54,453 nucleotides of DNA from Patescibacteria group bacterium (GCA_041650995.1 JBAZJZ010000004.1:1-54453), one strand, 5' to 3'; shown: positions 1 through 10,767, counted from the stretch's first letter. Notes: a model not told the origin generated them from the sequence alone. Program-made: numbers and translations.

Positions 1-1532
<1,532 letters not shown>

Positions 1533-1720
1533 ACAAGAATTGTTAAAACATACATTTCACAATTCTCGTTTATTTTTTTGGTTCTCTTTTTTATGTTGGG
1601 TTTTTAAGATGCTCTTTTATTCAATTGTTAATGAACAATTTTTTTCTGTTTCTCGCCTCTCGTGTTTTTGACACCAGAAGCGGGAGCAAAAAATAATTTT
1701 TAATTTTTGGGAAAAGGACT

Positions 1721-1742
1721 AAAAAACCGCTCTTTCGAGCGG
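1721..1742 (-). terminator. Rho-independent terminator between the cyclase gene and the 23S rRNA
   Basis: On the minus strand the stem CCGCTC/GAGCGG with a 4-nt loop is followed by T6. Confidence 0.6.
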
Positions 1743-1934
1743 CGCGCAAAAGACCAAAAAAATAGGTTAGCCGCTCGGGAACTTAAAAGTTAAAACTCTC
1801 TGTAACATATTTTGTTTATTTTGAGAGAAAATTCTTAGATCGGTCTCGGGATAAAATGTGGATAACTAACCTCTATTTTCTTTTCCATAACCATATTTTA
1901 AACTACTCAGAAAAAGCTGTCAAGGGCTTTTTAC

Positions 1935-3962
1935 TTATTTAAATTTCAAGTGATAAACTCCGTCAAAATCGGCCGGCGGCGAGGTGATAAATTCATCTAG
2001 TCTTTCCTTTAAAACTTTGCTTGGCCCGTCGTCCGGATTGTCCGCCAGAATTTCCTCAAAAACTTTCTTGGCCGCAAGCCAGTCCTTTTTCAAATATAGT
2101 TCGAATCCTTGTTCAAATTTTTCTATCAACTTCGCATAACCCTCTTTCTCTTCGGCAAAACCTAGAACTTCATAAATTTTTACGCCCTGCATTTTTCCCT
2201 TGACGGCCACGCAGTCAATCTGCCGCAAAACAAATTCGCCGCCTACTACCGCGGCAGTCGTTTCGGAAACGATAATCCCTGCTCCGTAAAATTTTGTCAG
2301 GCCTTCTAAGCGCGAGGCGAGATTAACATTGTCGCCGATTACCGTATAATCAAATCTTTCGTGCGACCCGATATTGCCGACCACTGCTTCTCCCGTGTTT
2401 AACCCGATGCCAATTTTAATTTCCGGATAATTTAATTTTTTCCATTCATTGTTGCGCTTTTTAAGTTCGCGCGACATCAAAAGCGCTGTTCGCACCGCGG
2501 CTTCGGCATGGTTTTCCATAGGCAACGGTGCGCCCCAAAACGCCATGATTGCGTCGCCAATAAATTTATCCACCACGCCGCGATTATCCAAAACAATTTC
2601 TGCCATGGCAGTCAAATATTTATTTAAAAGACCAACCAAACTTTGCGCGCCCATTTTTTCCGAGACCGAAGTGAAGCCACGGATATCGGAAAAAAGAATT
2701 GTTAAATTTTTTGTCTCGCCGCCGAGTTTAACTTTTTCCGGGTGGGCTAAAATTTCATTCACAACATCTTTGGCAACATAAAGAGAAAAATATTTTTTTA
2801 ACTTTCTTTTTTCTTCTCTGATTAGAAGATAACGCAAAATTACGCCAAAACCATAAACAAAAATTAAAACGAGAAGCGGATAAAAAATCGGCAAAATTGT
2901 CCCTTCGGAAAAAAATACGGCGGCGGCGACAAGATAGGCTGTAAAATAGACAAAAAATAAAGGCAGGGCAAAACGCAATTTAAAATATGAAACAGAAAAT
3001 GCCGCGACCGCTGCAAGCGCCAAAATAATTAAAAAAATATTTTTAGGATCGCTCTCTTCTCGCAGTGTTTTATTTTGTAAAATCGATTCCACCACATTAG
3101 CATGAATCTCCACTCCGGAAACCGGCCGACCGCCCGAAGAGGATGTGAAATATTCGTCGTGTAGATCAGCCGCCTCGGAACCGACTAAAACAATTTTATC
3201 TCTAAATTGTTCCAAGCTCCCGTCACCCCGAAGGACATCAACAAAAGAATATTTTCTGAAAGTATTAGCTGGGCCGAAGAAGAAAATTCTCGCGAGACCA
3301 AAATTGTCCAACGGATAAATGCTGCCATCCAAAATAATCTCTTGATTAAACTTTTCCGGAATTTCAATTTTTATTTTTTCAGCAGTCTCTAAAATTTTTA
3401 GCGCGAACGATGGCGATAAATTTTCTCCGAGCTGAATCAAAAACGGCGCGCGGCGAACCGTGCCGTCCATATCAGCAATAAAAAGTGAGTGGCCAACCTC
3501 ATGATTCTCTCTAATTTCCGGTAGAGGCAAAAGTGTTTCACGAAAGGCTGGAAACTGGCCAGACCCTAGAGAGATCGACCCCTCAAAAGGAAAAACTAAA
3601 TTTTCATGCGACGCTATATTTCTAAAAAATTCTTCATCACCAATCCCTTTTTCGGCGAAAGTCACATCATACCCAATTACCGCCGCTCCGGCCGCTTCCA
3701 ATTTTTTTATAAGATTGCCGTGAAATTCGCGCGGCCACGGCCAGACGCCTAATTCTTGAATGGAGCGGTTATCTATGCTCACGACGACGACTTCGTCGGA
3801 AATCGGCTCGCGTAAAAATAGCCTGTCAGTCATTTCCAAATCTATCCAATTTAAAATCTGCCAGTGAAAAAGAGCAAAAACAATCGTGGTCGAAGCAAAA
3901 ATTAGCCCCACGGCCAAAATTAATTTACCCCAAACCGGATTTTCTAAAAAAAATTTTCTCAT
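1935..3962 (-). CDS. CHASE2 sensor domain-containing class III adenylate/guanylate cyclase
   Basis: 675-aa ORF. It has an N-terminal TM segment, a periplasmic CHASE2-like region and a 3-TM block. The C-terminal cyclase motifs are FSDIRGFTSVSE, FIGDAIMAFWGAP, IGLNTGEAVVGNIG and DYTVIGDNVNLASRLEG. Confidence 0.9.
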   Translation of the reverse strand: MRKFFLENPVWGKLILAVGLIFASTTIVFALFHWQILNWIDLEMTDRLFLREPISDEVVVVSIDNRSIQELGVWPWPREFHGNLIKKLEAAGAAVIGYDVTFAEKGIGDEEFFRNIASHENLVFPFEGSISLGSGQFPAFRETLLPLPEIRENHEVGHSLFIADMDGTVRRAPFLIQLGENLSPSFALKILETAEKIKIEIPEKFNQEIILDGSIYPLDNFGLARIFFFGPANTFRKYSFVDVLRGDGSLEQFRDKIVLVGSEAADLHDEYFTSSSGGRPVSGVEIHANVVESILQNKTLREESDPKNIFLIILALAAVAAFSVSYFKLRFALPLFFVYFTAYLVAAAVFFSEGTILPIFYPLLVLIFVYGFGVILRYLLIREEKRKLKKYFSLYVAKDVVNEILAHPEKVKLGGETKNLTILFSDIRGFTSVSEKMGAQSLVGLLNKYLTAMAEIVLDNRGVVDKFIGDAIMAFWGAPLPMENHAEAAVRTALLMSRELKKRNNEWKKLNYPEIKIGIGLNTGEAVVGNIGSHERFDYTVIGDNVNLASRLEGLTKFYGAGIIVSETTAAVVGGEFVLRQIDCVAVKGKMQGVKIYEVLGFAEEKEGYAKLIEKFEQGFELYLKKDWLAAKKVFEEILADNPDDGPSKVLKERLDEFITSPPADFDGVYHLKFK

Positions 3963-4007
3963 TATAAATGGCGAAGCTCCGAAAGATCGGAGCTTTATTT
4001 TTATTTT

Positions 4008-5618
4008 TTATTGCATGGCCCCCAAACTCGTGACCTGAATATTAATCGTCGCCTCAAAAGTCTCTTCCTCGGATGAATAAACTCCTCTGATAATTGCCGT
4101 ACCGACTGAACCACTAGAATAAAACATCCCGGCGCTCACATAACCCATCAAACCTCCGGTCACTGATTGATTAACCGACCAAGAAACATCGCCGGTAACA
4201 TCTCTCCTGCTTCCATCGCTCCAGACTGTTTCAGCCACGAGTTTACTTGAACTTTGGGCTGGAATAGAAGTTGGTATGGCAGAAATTTGTAAACTTGTAA
4301 TTGTCGGAGCTGGCGGAGGCGGCGGACAATCGGCATCGCAAACCCCCGAACCCTCGCCCAATTCGCAAACGCCGTCGCCACAAACTGGACCCTGAGGTTG
4401 GTTGGTATTTGAGTTTGTGTTAACGTTTGTATTTGTATTAATATTTTGCGATTCACTGTTCGTATTTACCGAACCCAATGGTTCAATAATAATTTCTTCC
4501 AGCTTTGGTAAAAGGACTGGCGAAAGTTCTAATTTTTGTTTAATAAACTCTAGTTGTCTGGGCAAAAGTGTTTGGTCCAAATATTCCTTGACTGCCTCTC
4601 TGTCGATTCCATTTTTTAAAACCTGAACTTGTGTTTTCAAAAAATCTCGATCGTAATAGTCGGCCCGACGGATTGTGGGCGCAATATCTCTGATATTAGA
4701 AATACTTTTAAAAGTTTGAAGCGCCCGGACTTTTTCACCCTCCGCTAAAAGCAATCTCGCTGCCAAAAATCTTCTAGCTTCAAAATTTTTTATTTTTTCG
4801 GCCCGTGCCGACTTATCAAAAGTTAAAAACGCCGCTGTTCGTTCGCCCAGTCTTTTGGCCGGATAAAATCTTGACCCAGGCAGCGGCCCAATCTGCCGCA
4901 AAATATTTTCTTTTTTCTCTTTTATAAATTCTCGAAACTTTTCATCGCGGGAAAAATTATTTTTAAACCATTCGCTTGCCCGACGCGCTTCAGTGATTTC
5001 AAAAATTTTCGCTTGCCCTAAATTTTTTATCTGACGTAAATCAACTGATAATTCTTCACCCGCTTTCAAAATTTGTCCCGCCTCATTTTCACCTGCCACA
5101 GTAAGAGTCACTGAATTTTCCGTCACGGCCATATTAACATCTCCTTCTGTGCTGGACATATTAAAAATTGTTCCGCGAACCGTTGCCACCACTCCGCCGG
5201 ATTCAACTTCAAAATACGCGTCAGGGTGCAACAATTCCAAAAGCCGGTTCCAAATTTGCCCCTTTTTTAAATTCAATTTTATTTTTGTGAAAAATGGCGT
5301 TTCGGAATCTATAAAACTTTCTTCAATCACGACTTCGGAATTCTTGTCGAGCGACACTTCGTTCGTATCAAACAAAATTATCCGGGCCAAACCAGTTTCG
5401 TCGGTCCGCACCGTATCACCAGCTTTTAATTCCGTCTCCGCAATTGCTTCCTTGAAATCCTCGTCAGCAGATTTTATAAAAACTCCCGACTCTTCTGGCA
5501 CGACCACAATTTTTAATGCGCCAAATTCCAAGGGCTTCGCGTAAACCTGGGCCGCCCAATAAGACAACGCCCCAAAAACCAAAATTAAAATGACCAAAAC
5601 GAGAAGAATTTTTTTCAT
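4008..5618 (-). CDS. Secreted FecR-domain protein with a Cys-rich linker and a C-terminal Ig-like (Big_2-like) domain
   Basis: 536-aa ORF with a signal peptide (MKKILLVLVILILVFGALSYWAAQVYA). It has a FecR-like beta segment (GDTVRTDETGLARIILFDTNEVSLDKNSEVVI), a GPVCGDGVCELGEGSGVCDADCPPPPP linker and a C-terminal beta-rich domain. It is co-oriented with the cyclase and lies 45 bp upstream of it. Confidence 0.75.
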   Translation of the reverse strand: MKKILLVLVILILVFGALSYWAAQVYAKPLEFGALKIVVVPEESGVFIKSADEDFKEAIAETELKAGDTVRTDETGLARIILFDTNEVSLDKNSEVVIEESFIDSETPFFTKIKLNLKKGQIWNRLLELLHPDAYFEVESGGVVATVRGTIFNMSSTEGDVNMAVTENSVTLTVAGENEAGQILKAGEELSVDLRQIKNLGQAKIFEITEARRASEWFKNNFSRDEKFREFIKEKKENILRQIGPLPGSRFYPAKRLGERTAAFLTFDKSARAEKIKNFEARRFLAARLLLAEGEKVRALQTFKSISNIRDIAPTIRRADYYDRDFLKTQVQVLKNGIDREAVKEYLDQTLLPRQLEFIKQKLELSPVLLPKLEEIIIEPLGSVNTNSESQNINTNTNVNTNSNTNQPQGPVCGDGVCELGEGSGVCDADCPPPPPAPTITSLQISAIPTSIPAQSSSKLVAETVWSDGSRRDVTGDVSWSVNQSVTGGLMGYVSAGMFYSSGSVGTAIIRGVYSSEEETFEATINIQVTSLGAMQ

Positions 5619-5684
5619 ATATTTGTTTATTTAACAACGAAAAAGAACAGTCCAATTTTACCAAAATTAAAGGGTTTTGGCAAT

Positions 5685-5716
5685 AAAAAAGCGGGCTGCC
5701 ATTTCTGGTTCCCGCT
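5685..5716 (-). terminator. Terminator downstream of the GC-rich membrane protein gene
   Basis: On the minus strand the stem AGCGGG/CCCGCT with a 15-nt loop is followed by TTTTT. Confidence 0.5.
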
Positions 5717-5725
5717 CTAAGCCTC

Positions 5726-6115
5726 CTAGACCTCGGACCCAGGAAAAGCCCTGAGTCCGATGAGTATGATGAAGAACGCGGCGATCATCCCCCCGACTGA
5801 ACCGTGAACCATCCACCATACGCCGCCGAAATATGCGCCAATGAAAAAGAGCAAAATACTCCCGACGAGAGTCAGGAGACCGACATCCCATGCAACCCTG
5901 TACCAGTCGTCGTATCTTCGTCGACTGACCTTCCAGATGATCGTTACCGCAACGCCACCGAGCGTGACGACTCCAGTAGCGACGCAATAAGGCAGACTCA
6001 TCCCCATGAAGAGCGTGACGACTGCAGCCAAAAAGCCGCCGCCCAAACATGTGAACACCCAGCGGGAGACGATCCAGACGAGCTTCGTGTCGATTTCCTT
6101 TTCCCAAGCCCTCAT
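5726..6115 (-). CDS. Hypothetical 4-TM membrane protein encoded in a high-GC island
   Basis: 129-aa ORF with four hydrophobic helices. A strong SD (GAGGAGGG) lies 6 nt before the ATG. GC is clearly above the flanks. The overlapping 5667..6107 frame translates to Arg/Gly/His-rich low-quality sequence. Confidence 0.7.
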   Translation of the reverse strand: MRAWEKEIDTKLVWIVSRWVFTCLGGGFLAAVVTLFMGMSLPYCVATGVVTLGGVAVTIIWKVSRRRYDDWYRVAWDVGLLTLVGSILLFFIGAYFGGVWWMVHGSVGGMIAAFFIILIGLRAFPGSEV

Positions 6116-6147
6116 CTCTTACCCTCCTCTTCCCCCATTAATCAAAA

Positions 6148-6176
6148 ATATTAATATCATTTTTATTAAAAGTCAA
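6148..6176 (-). promoter_or_regulatory. Sigma70-type promoter for the GC-rich membrane protein gene
   Basis: The minus strand reads TTGACT, a 17-nt spacer, then TAATAT, about 30 nt upstream of the SD. Confidence 0.55.
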
Positions 6177-6234
6177 GATAAAATAAAAACAGAAATTTTT
6201 AGTTTCTATTTTTTAAAATTTTATATTTTTTAAA

Positions 6235-6318
6235 TGCCCGGGGTGGGAGTTGAACCCACAATCTCTTGCGAGAACCAGCTCCTAAGGCTGGCGCGTATGC
6301 CAATTCCGCCACCCGGGC
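6235..6318 (-). tRNA. tRNA-Leu (anticodon TAG)
   Basis: The reverse complement folds as a cloverleaf with a 7-bp acceptor stem GCCCGGG/CCCGGGC. The anticodon stem is CCAGC/GCTGG with loop CTTAGGA. It has a long variable arm and a T arm GTGGG-TTCAACT-CCCAC. No CCA is encoded. Confidence 0.93.
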
Positions 6319-6408
6319 AAAGATAATTTTGTGTTAGTAAAATAATTTGCTAAAATTAAACCGTAGTATCATTTTAATTTATTTTTAACAAAAAATCAAG
6401 GAGGGGCT

Positions 6409-7884
6409 ATGAAGACGAAATTATTTCGTTCTTTCGTAATTTTAATTATCGCGCTGGGGGGATTTTTTATTTTCGGAAAAAATTCTTTGGCGACCACGGC
6501 GGATCATTTGGTAATTAGTGAAGTACAAATATCTGGCGCAACTGTTGATGATGAATTCGTAGAAATTTATAATCCTACAAACCTCTCGGTGAATATTACT
6601 GGTTGGAGATTGTCTAGAAAAACTGCGAGCGGGACACAATCTAATCTCGTAATGTCTTTTTCTTCTATTTCAATCTCTGCACATAGCTATCTCCTTGTAA
6701 TCTCTCCAGAATATAACGCAACCTCACACAACGGAATAACCGGCGACGTAATTTATTCAACAACCCAACATCTTGCCACCGACAACTCTATTCTTTTGTA
6801 TAGCGACGCAGGAATTACGATCGTCGACAAGGTTGGTTTAGGCACAGCTACCGACAAAGAAACATCCTCCATCGCAAACCCCCCAACGAATGGGAGCGTC
6901 GAACGAAAGGCTTCAGAATATTCTACTCTCGCCACTTTGTCGGTCGATGGCATAGAGGAACATTCGGGCAATAGTTATGACAGCGAGGATAATTCTAATG
7001 ATTTTGTCACCCAATCGATATCAAATCCACAAAACAGTTATTCCCCAACAGAGGATAGCCCGCCACTGACCGCACCACTTCCTTCGGGTCCTGTTTGCGG
7101 AAACGCCATTTGCGAAGACGGCGAAGATTATTTGAGTTGTCCCGCTGACTGTGCCGCATCGCCTCCGCTCACAGAAATAAATCCCGGCGACGTGGTCATT
7201 AACGAATTTGTTTCCGACCCGGCCGAGGGCGGAGAATGGATTGAAATTTTTAACAAAAAAAATTTTGAAATTAATTTAACCGGCTGGAAATTAGAGGATG
7301 GCGCGGGCACGATTGCCACGCTCGACACCACAATCACGGCCAACGGTTTTCAAACTATTGAACTATCATCAAGCAAATTAAACAACTCTGGCGATATTAT
7401 TAAATTAAAAACATCAGACGGAACAATTATTGATCAGGTTGCTTATGGAAATTGGGACGACGGAAATATTTCTGATAACGCACCAAAAGCCAGCGACCCA
7501 AATTCCGTGGCGAGAAAAATTGATGGAGACGATACTGACAATGACCTTGCTGATTTTTCCGAGACAACCACTTTAACTAAAAATTCGGCGAACACAATCA
7601 CTGCTCCGCCTTCGGAAGAAACTGGCGGAGTAAGCACGCCCGAAGAAACCACACCGTCAGCTCCGCCCTCGTGGCCGGTCGGTTCTCTTTTGATAAATGA
7701 ATTTGTGGCCGACCCGGCTGATAACGAAGTTGAATGGATTGAAATTTTTAATCCCGGAAACGCTCTTATAAATTTAACCGGCTGGACATTGGAAGACGGC
7801 GGGGAAACCGTGACTACGCTTTCCGGTTCGGTCGGACCGCTCGGATTTTTTTGTTTTAGAGAAACCAAAAGGAATTTTAAATAA
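6409..7884 (+). CDS. Lamin-tail-domain (LTD) repeat surface protein, N-terminal fragment (upstream of a frameshift)
   Basis: The ORF has a signal peptide and three LTD-like repeats (VISEVQISG..DEFVEIYNPTN..ITGWRL; VVINEFVSDP..EWIEIFN..LTGWKLED; LLINEFVADP..EWIEIFNPGN..LTGWTLEDG). The frame ends 30 nt after a T7 run (7846-7852), and the repeat continues in the +1 frame. Confidence 0.85.
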   Translation: MKTKLFRSFVILIIALGGFFIFGKNSLATTADHLVISEVQISGATVDDEFVEIYNPTNLSVNITGWRLSRKTASGTQSNLVMSFSSISISAHSYLLVISPEYNATSHNGITGDVIYSTTQHLATDNSILLYSDAGITIVDKVGLGTATDKETSSIANPPTNGSVERKASEYSTLATLSVDGIEEHSGNSYDSEDNSNDFVTQSISNPQNSYSPTEDSPPLTAPLPSGPVCGNAICEDGEDYLSCPADCAASPPLTEINPGDVVINEFVSDPAEGGEWIEIFNKKNFEINLTGWKLEDGAGTIATLDTTITANGFQTIELSSSKLNNSGDIIKLKTSDGTIIDQVAYGNWDDGNISDNAPKASDPNSVARKIDGDDTDNDLADFSETTTLTKNSANTITAPPSEETGGVSTPEETTPSAPPSWPVGSLLINEFVADPADNEVEWIEIFNPGNALINLTGWTLEDGGETVTTLSGSVGPLGFFCFRETKRNFK

Positions 7885-7924
7885 CTCCGGCGATGAAATT
7901 ATTATAAAAGATCCTGCTGGTCTT

Positions 7925-9988
7925 GTGATTGACCAAGTTTCTTACGGCAATTGGGATGATGGAGAAAAATCTGATAACGCCCCTGCCGCCTCTGACCCAA
8001 ATTCCGTGGCCCGCAAAACCGACGGACAAAATTCCACAAACGACTTTAACGACTTCGTCGTAGCCACACCAACCAAGAGCACGTCAAACTCTGGCGGTGT
8101 GCAACAAAACCTGAACGACGCGTATTCCAAAGATATTATTGTGAATGAAATTTTTCCAAATCCGAAAGGCGACGACAGCCAAGGAGAATTTATTGAATTA
8201 AAAAATATCGGCACCGCAGATATTGATTTGACCGGCTGGAAAATCGGCGACGCGAGCTCTAAAAGATATGTCATAAAGGCGGCTGACCTCCCTTTCATAA
8301 TTTTAAAACCAAAAGAATTTTTTGTTCTTTATCGCAAAACAACTGGCATCGCTCTAAATAATTCCGGAACTGAATCAGTAAAATTATTTTCGCCTGACGG
8401 CGCGCTTGTCCACTCGATTGAATGCTCCGGCACAGCACCCGAGGAACAATCTTACTCCCGCGAAACGGAAAATTATTTTTGGACTTCCACTCCCACGCCG
8501 GGAAAAGAAAATATTATCACCCGCGAAAATCAAACGCCTTCTGCATCTATCTCTGCGCCTGACGAAGGCGAAATCGGCCAAGTAATCTCTTTTGACGGTT
8601 CTGATTCAATTGATCCCGACGGCGGCGAATTAATTTTTTCCTGGAATTTTGGGGACGGAACCGAAGCCGCCGGAGCAAACGCAAACCACATCTATTCCGC
8701 GGCGGGAAAATTTAAAATTATTTTAACCGTAAAAGATGCGACTGGCGCCGGAAATACCGCCGAACAATTTATTAAAATATCAAATCCCGACAGCGCGGCT
8801 GATAATTTTCCAATTGACGAACAACTAATTTTTATAAACGAAATTTTGCCCAACCCCGAGGGTTCGGATGAGGGCGAGTGGATTGAACTTAAAAGCATTG
8901 ATATTAAGCCAATTGACCTTTCTGGCTGGAAATTGGACGACGACGAAGGCGGTAGCCGGCCATATAAAATTCCCGACGGCACAGTTATCAATCCTGGCCA
9001 GTTTCTACTTTTTAAAAAAGAAGTGACAAAATTAGCGTTCAATAATACTTGCGACGCGACGCGGCTTTTAGACACCGACGGGGAAATATTTTTTGAAACA
9101 AGTTATGATGAAGTTCCGGAGGGCGCGTCTTGGGCACGAGGCGAGGATGGAAATTTCAAGTGGACGACGAAATTAACTCCAGGGGCGGAAAATATTTTTC
9201 AATTTCAAGAAAAAATTGTGGCGAAAAAATCCAATTCAACCTCTGCAAAAAAATCAGCGACCTTTTCCGCAACCACACTTGAAGAAATTAGAAATCTTGA
9301 TTTGGGCGACGGCGTAAAAGTTACGGGCCAAGTAATTGTTGATCCAGGCGTTTTGGGCAGCCAAATTTTTTATATTGCAAACGCCGAAGCTTGTCCGGGA
9401 ATACAAATATATATGTATAGTAAAAATTTTCCTGAATTAAAACTCGGCGACCTCGTGGAAGTGACCGGCATCTTAGCCGAATCCGGCGGCGAAAAAAGAA
9501 TTAAAGTTTCAGCAAAAGAAGATATCAAAATTTTAGAGAGCCAAGAGGCTCCGTCGCCGGCTCCCATTAAACTTTCGGAAATTGAGGAAGGTCTTGAAGG
9601 ATGTTTGGTCTCGGCTTCTGGCGAACTCACGGAAAAAAGTGGCAGTAATTTATATTTTGCCGACGATGACGGCGAATTGAAAATTTATTTAAAATCCACT
9701 TTGCCTTTTCCAAAACCAAAAATGAATATCGGCGACCAAATTGAAACTGTTGGAATTGTGAGCCAAACCAAAACCGGCTTCCGACTTTTGCCGCGCTACA
9801 TTGATGACATAAAAATAAAAACGCCGGCAGCCGAACCAACTACGCTGGAAATCCCGCCAGAAAATAGTAGTGGAAATATAAATCTTTATTTAGGGGCGGC
9901 CACAGGAATTTTAGGACTGACACTCGTTGGCCTCGGAATTAAATCCGGAGCTTTTGCTAATTGGTGGAAAAAAATAGAGGGAGTTTAA
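7925..9988 (+). CDS. LTD repeat / PKD-domain / OB-like surface protein, C-terminal fragment (continuation of 6409..7884)
   Basis: It contains two further LTD repeats and a PKD-like domain (ISFDGSDSIDPDGGELIFSWNFGDGT..HIYSAAGKFKIILTVKD). It also has an OB-like barrel segment and a C-terminal TM anchor (LYLGAATGILGLTLVGLGI). The same frame is open upstream of 7925 and reads GFFVLEKPKGILNNSGDEIIIKDPAGLVIDQVSYGNWDDG, which matches the earlier repeat unit. Confidence 0.85.
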   Translation: MIDQVSYGNWDDGEKSDNAPAASDPNSVARKTDGQNSTNDFNDFVVATPTKSTSNSGGVQQNLNDAYSKDIIVNEIFPNPKGDDSQGEFIELKNIGTADIDLTGWKIGDASSKRYVIKAADLPFIILKPKEFFVLYRKTTGIALNNSGTESVKLFSPDGALVHSIECSGTAPEEQSYSRETENYFWTSTPTPGKENIITRENQTPSASISAPDEGEIGQVISFDGSDSIDPDGGELIFSWNFGDGTEAAGANANHIYSAAGKFKIILTVKDATGAGNTAEQFIKISNPDSAADNFPIDEQLIFINEILPNPEGSDEGEWIELKSIDIKPIDLSGWKLDDDEGGSRPYKIPDGTVINPGQFLLFKKEVTKLAFNNTCDATRLLDTDGEIFFETSYDEVPEGASWARGEDGNFKWTTKLTPGAENIFQFQEKIVAKKSNSTSAKKSATFSATTLEEIRNLDLGDGVKVTGQVIVDPGVLGSQIFYIANAEACPGIQIYMYSKNFPELKLGDLVEVTGILAESGGEKRIKVSAKEDIKILESQEAPSPAPIKLSEIEEGLEGCLVSASGELTEKSGSNLYFADDDGELKIYLKSTLPFPKPKMNIGDQIETVGIVSQTKTGFRLLPRYIDDIKIKTPAAEPTTLEIPPENSSGNINLYLGAATGILGLTLVGLGIKSGAFANWWKKIEGV

Positions 9989-9993
9989 AATTA

Positions 9994-10022
9994 TTGACAG
10001 CAAAAAAATTGACTGCTATATT
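9994..10022 (+). promoter_or_regulatory. Sigma70-type promoter upstream of tRNA-Gly
   Basis: TTGACA, a 17-nt spacer, then TATATT. The -10 element ends 25 nt before the tRNA 5' end. Confidence 0.6.
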
Positions 10023-10047
10023 TTAAGAATAAATTTCCGACCAGCAA

Positions 10048-10119
10048 GCGGGCGTCGTATAGTGGCTATTATGTGTCCTTGCCAAGGACAAGACGGCAGT
10101 TCGATTCTGCTCGCCCGCT
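10048..10119 (+). tRNA. tRNA-Gly (anticodon GCC)
   Basis: Acceptor stem GCGGGCG/CGCCCGC. Anticodon stem TGTCC/GGACA with loop TTGCCAA. T arm GGCAG-TTCGATT-CTGCT. Confidence 0.93.
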
Positions 10120-10159
10120 TATTGTCCGGAAGTTATGAATTACTTTTGATTCTAATCAT

Positions 10160-10720
10160 ATGTCTGTTGAAACCTCCTGGTGGGAAGAAGAAAAACAAAG
10201 GGAAGAGTCTTTAAAAGTGGAAGCTCCAAAAATCGCCGACGAAATTGAAAAGCGCGCTAAGAGCGCTAGCTTAAAAGTTAAAAAAGCCATGGAATTTCAG
10301 GCTAAACGACTGCGCAGTTCAGAGAGTGCCATGTGGCTTGATACTCTTCAAAGATACATAAAGCCGGATATTCTTAAGTTGATAAATAATATAGACTGGG
10401 ATGGCCGTTGGATTGTGGAAAGTTCTTACCCCGGATGGACTACGGAGGATTTTAAAGAATTATATCGGGGCTATTTTGGGGAAGAGCCAGAAATTTATGA
10501 AGAAGCTGAGGGGGCTCCGCTTGTTGAGGGCGCCGAAGATGATTGGGTAAAAGAAAAACTTGAAGAAATAACATTGGAACGAACAACTCTCTTGGAATTT
10601 CTTGAAAATACTACTGATGAAGGAGAACGCGCAGACCTCATAAGCCAAATGGATGAAGTAGATAAAAGATGGAAGGAAGCTTGGGATTTATACAAAAAAA
10701 CCATCAGGGAAGTACACTAA
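10160..10720 (+). CDS. Hypothetical acidic protein
   Basis: 186-aa ORF rich in Glu/Lys and Trp, with no recognisable motif. It is followed by a bidirectional terminator. Confidence 0.6.
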   Translation: MSVETSWWEEEKQREESLKVEAPKIADEIEKRAKSASLKVKKAMEFQAKRLRSSESAMWLDTLQRYIKPDILKLINNIDWDGRWIVESSYPGWTTEDFKELYRGYFGEEPEIYEEAEGAPLVEGAEDDWVKEKLEEITLERTTLLEFLENTTDEGERADLISQMDEVDKRWKEAWDLYKKTIREVH

Positions 10721-10743
10721 AAATAAACCTCATTTTTATAATT

Positions 10744-10767
10744 AAAAAAGACCGCGCGGTCTTTTTT
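10744..10767. terminator. Bidirectional terminator between convergent genes
   Basis: AAAAAAGACCGCGCGGTCTTTTTT: a GC-rich palindromic stem flanked by an A-run and a T-run. Confidence 0.65.

Noticed and set aside
5619-5720. Direct repeat of the tRNA-Leu 3' end at the far border of GC island A (an att site)
   Set aside because: I looked for GGGAGTTGAACCC-like sequence at the distal junction and found none. Integrase-mediated insertion at the tRNA is therefore not supported by the sequence.
5667-6154. Alternative ORFs 5667..6107 (-) and 5804..6154 (+) in GC island A
   Set aside because: These are open frames typical of GC-rich DNA. Their translations are Arg/Gly/His/Pro-rich, and neither has an SD. 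The 5726..6115 frame has an SD and TM helices.
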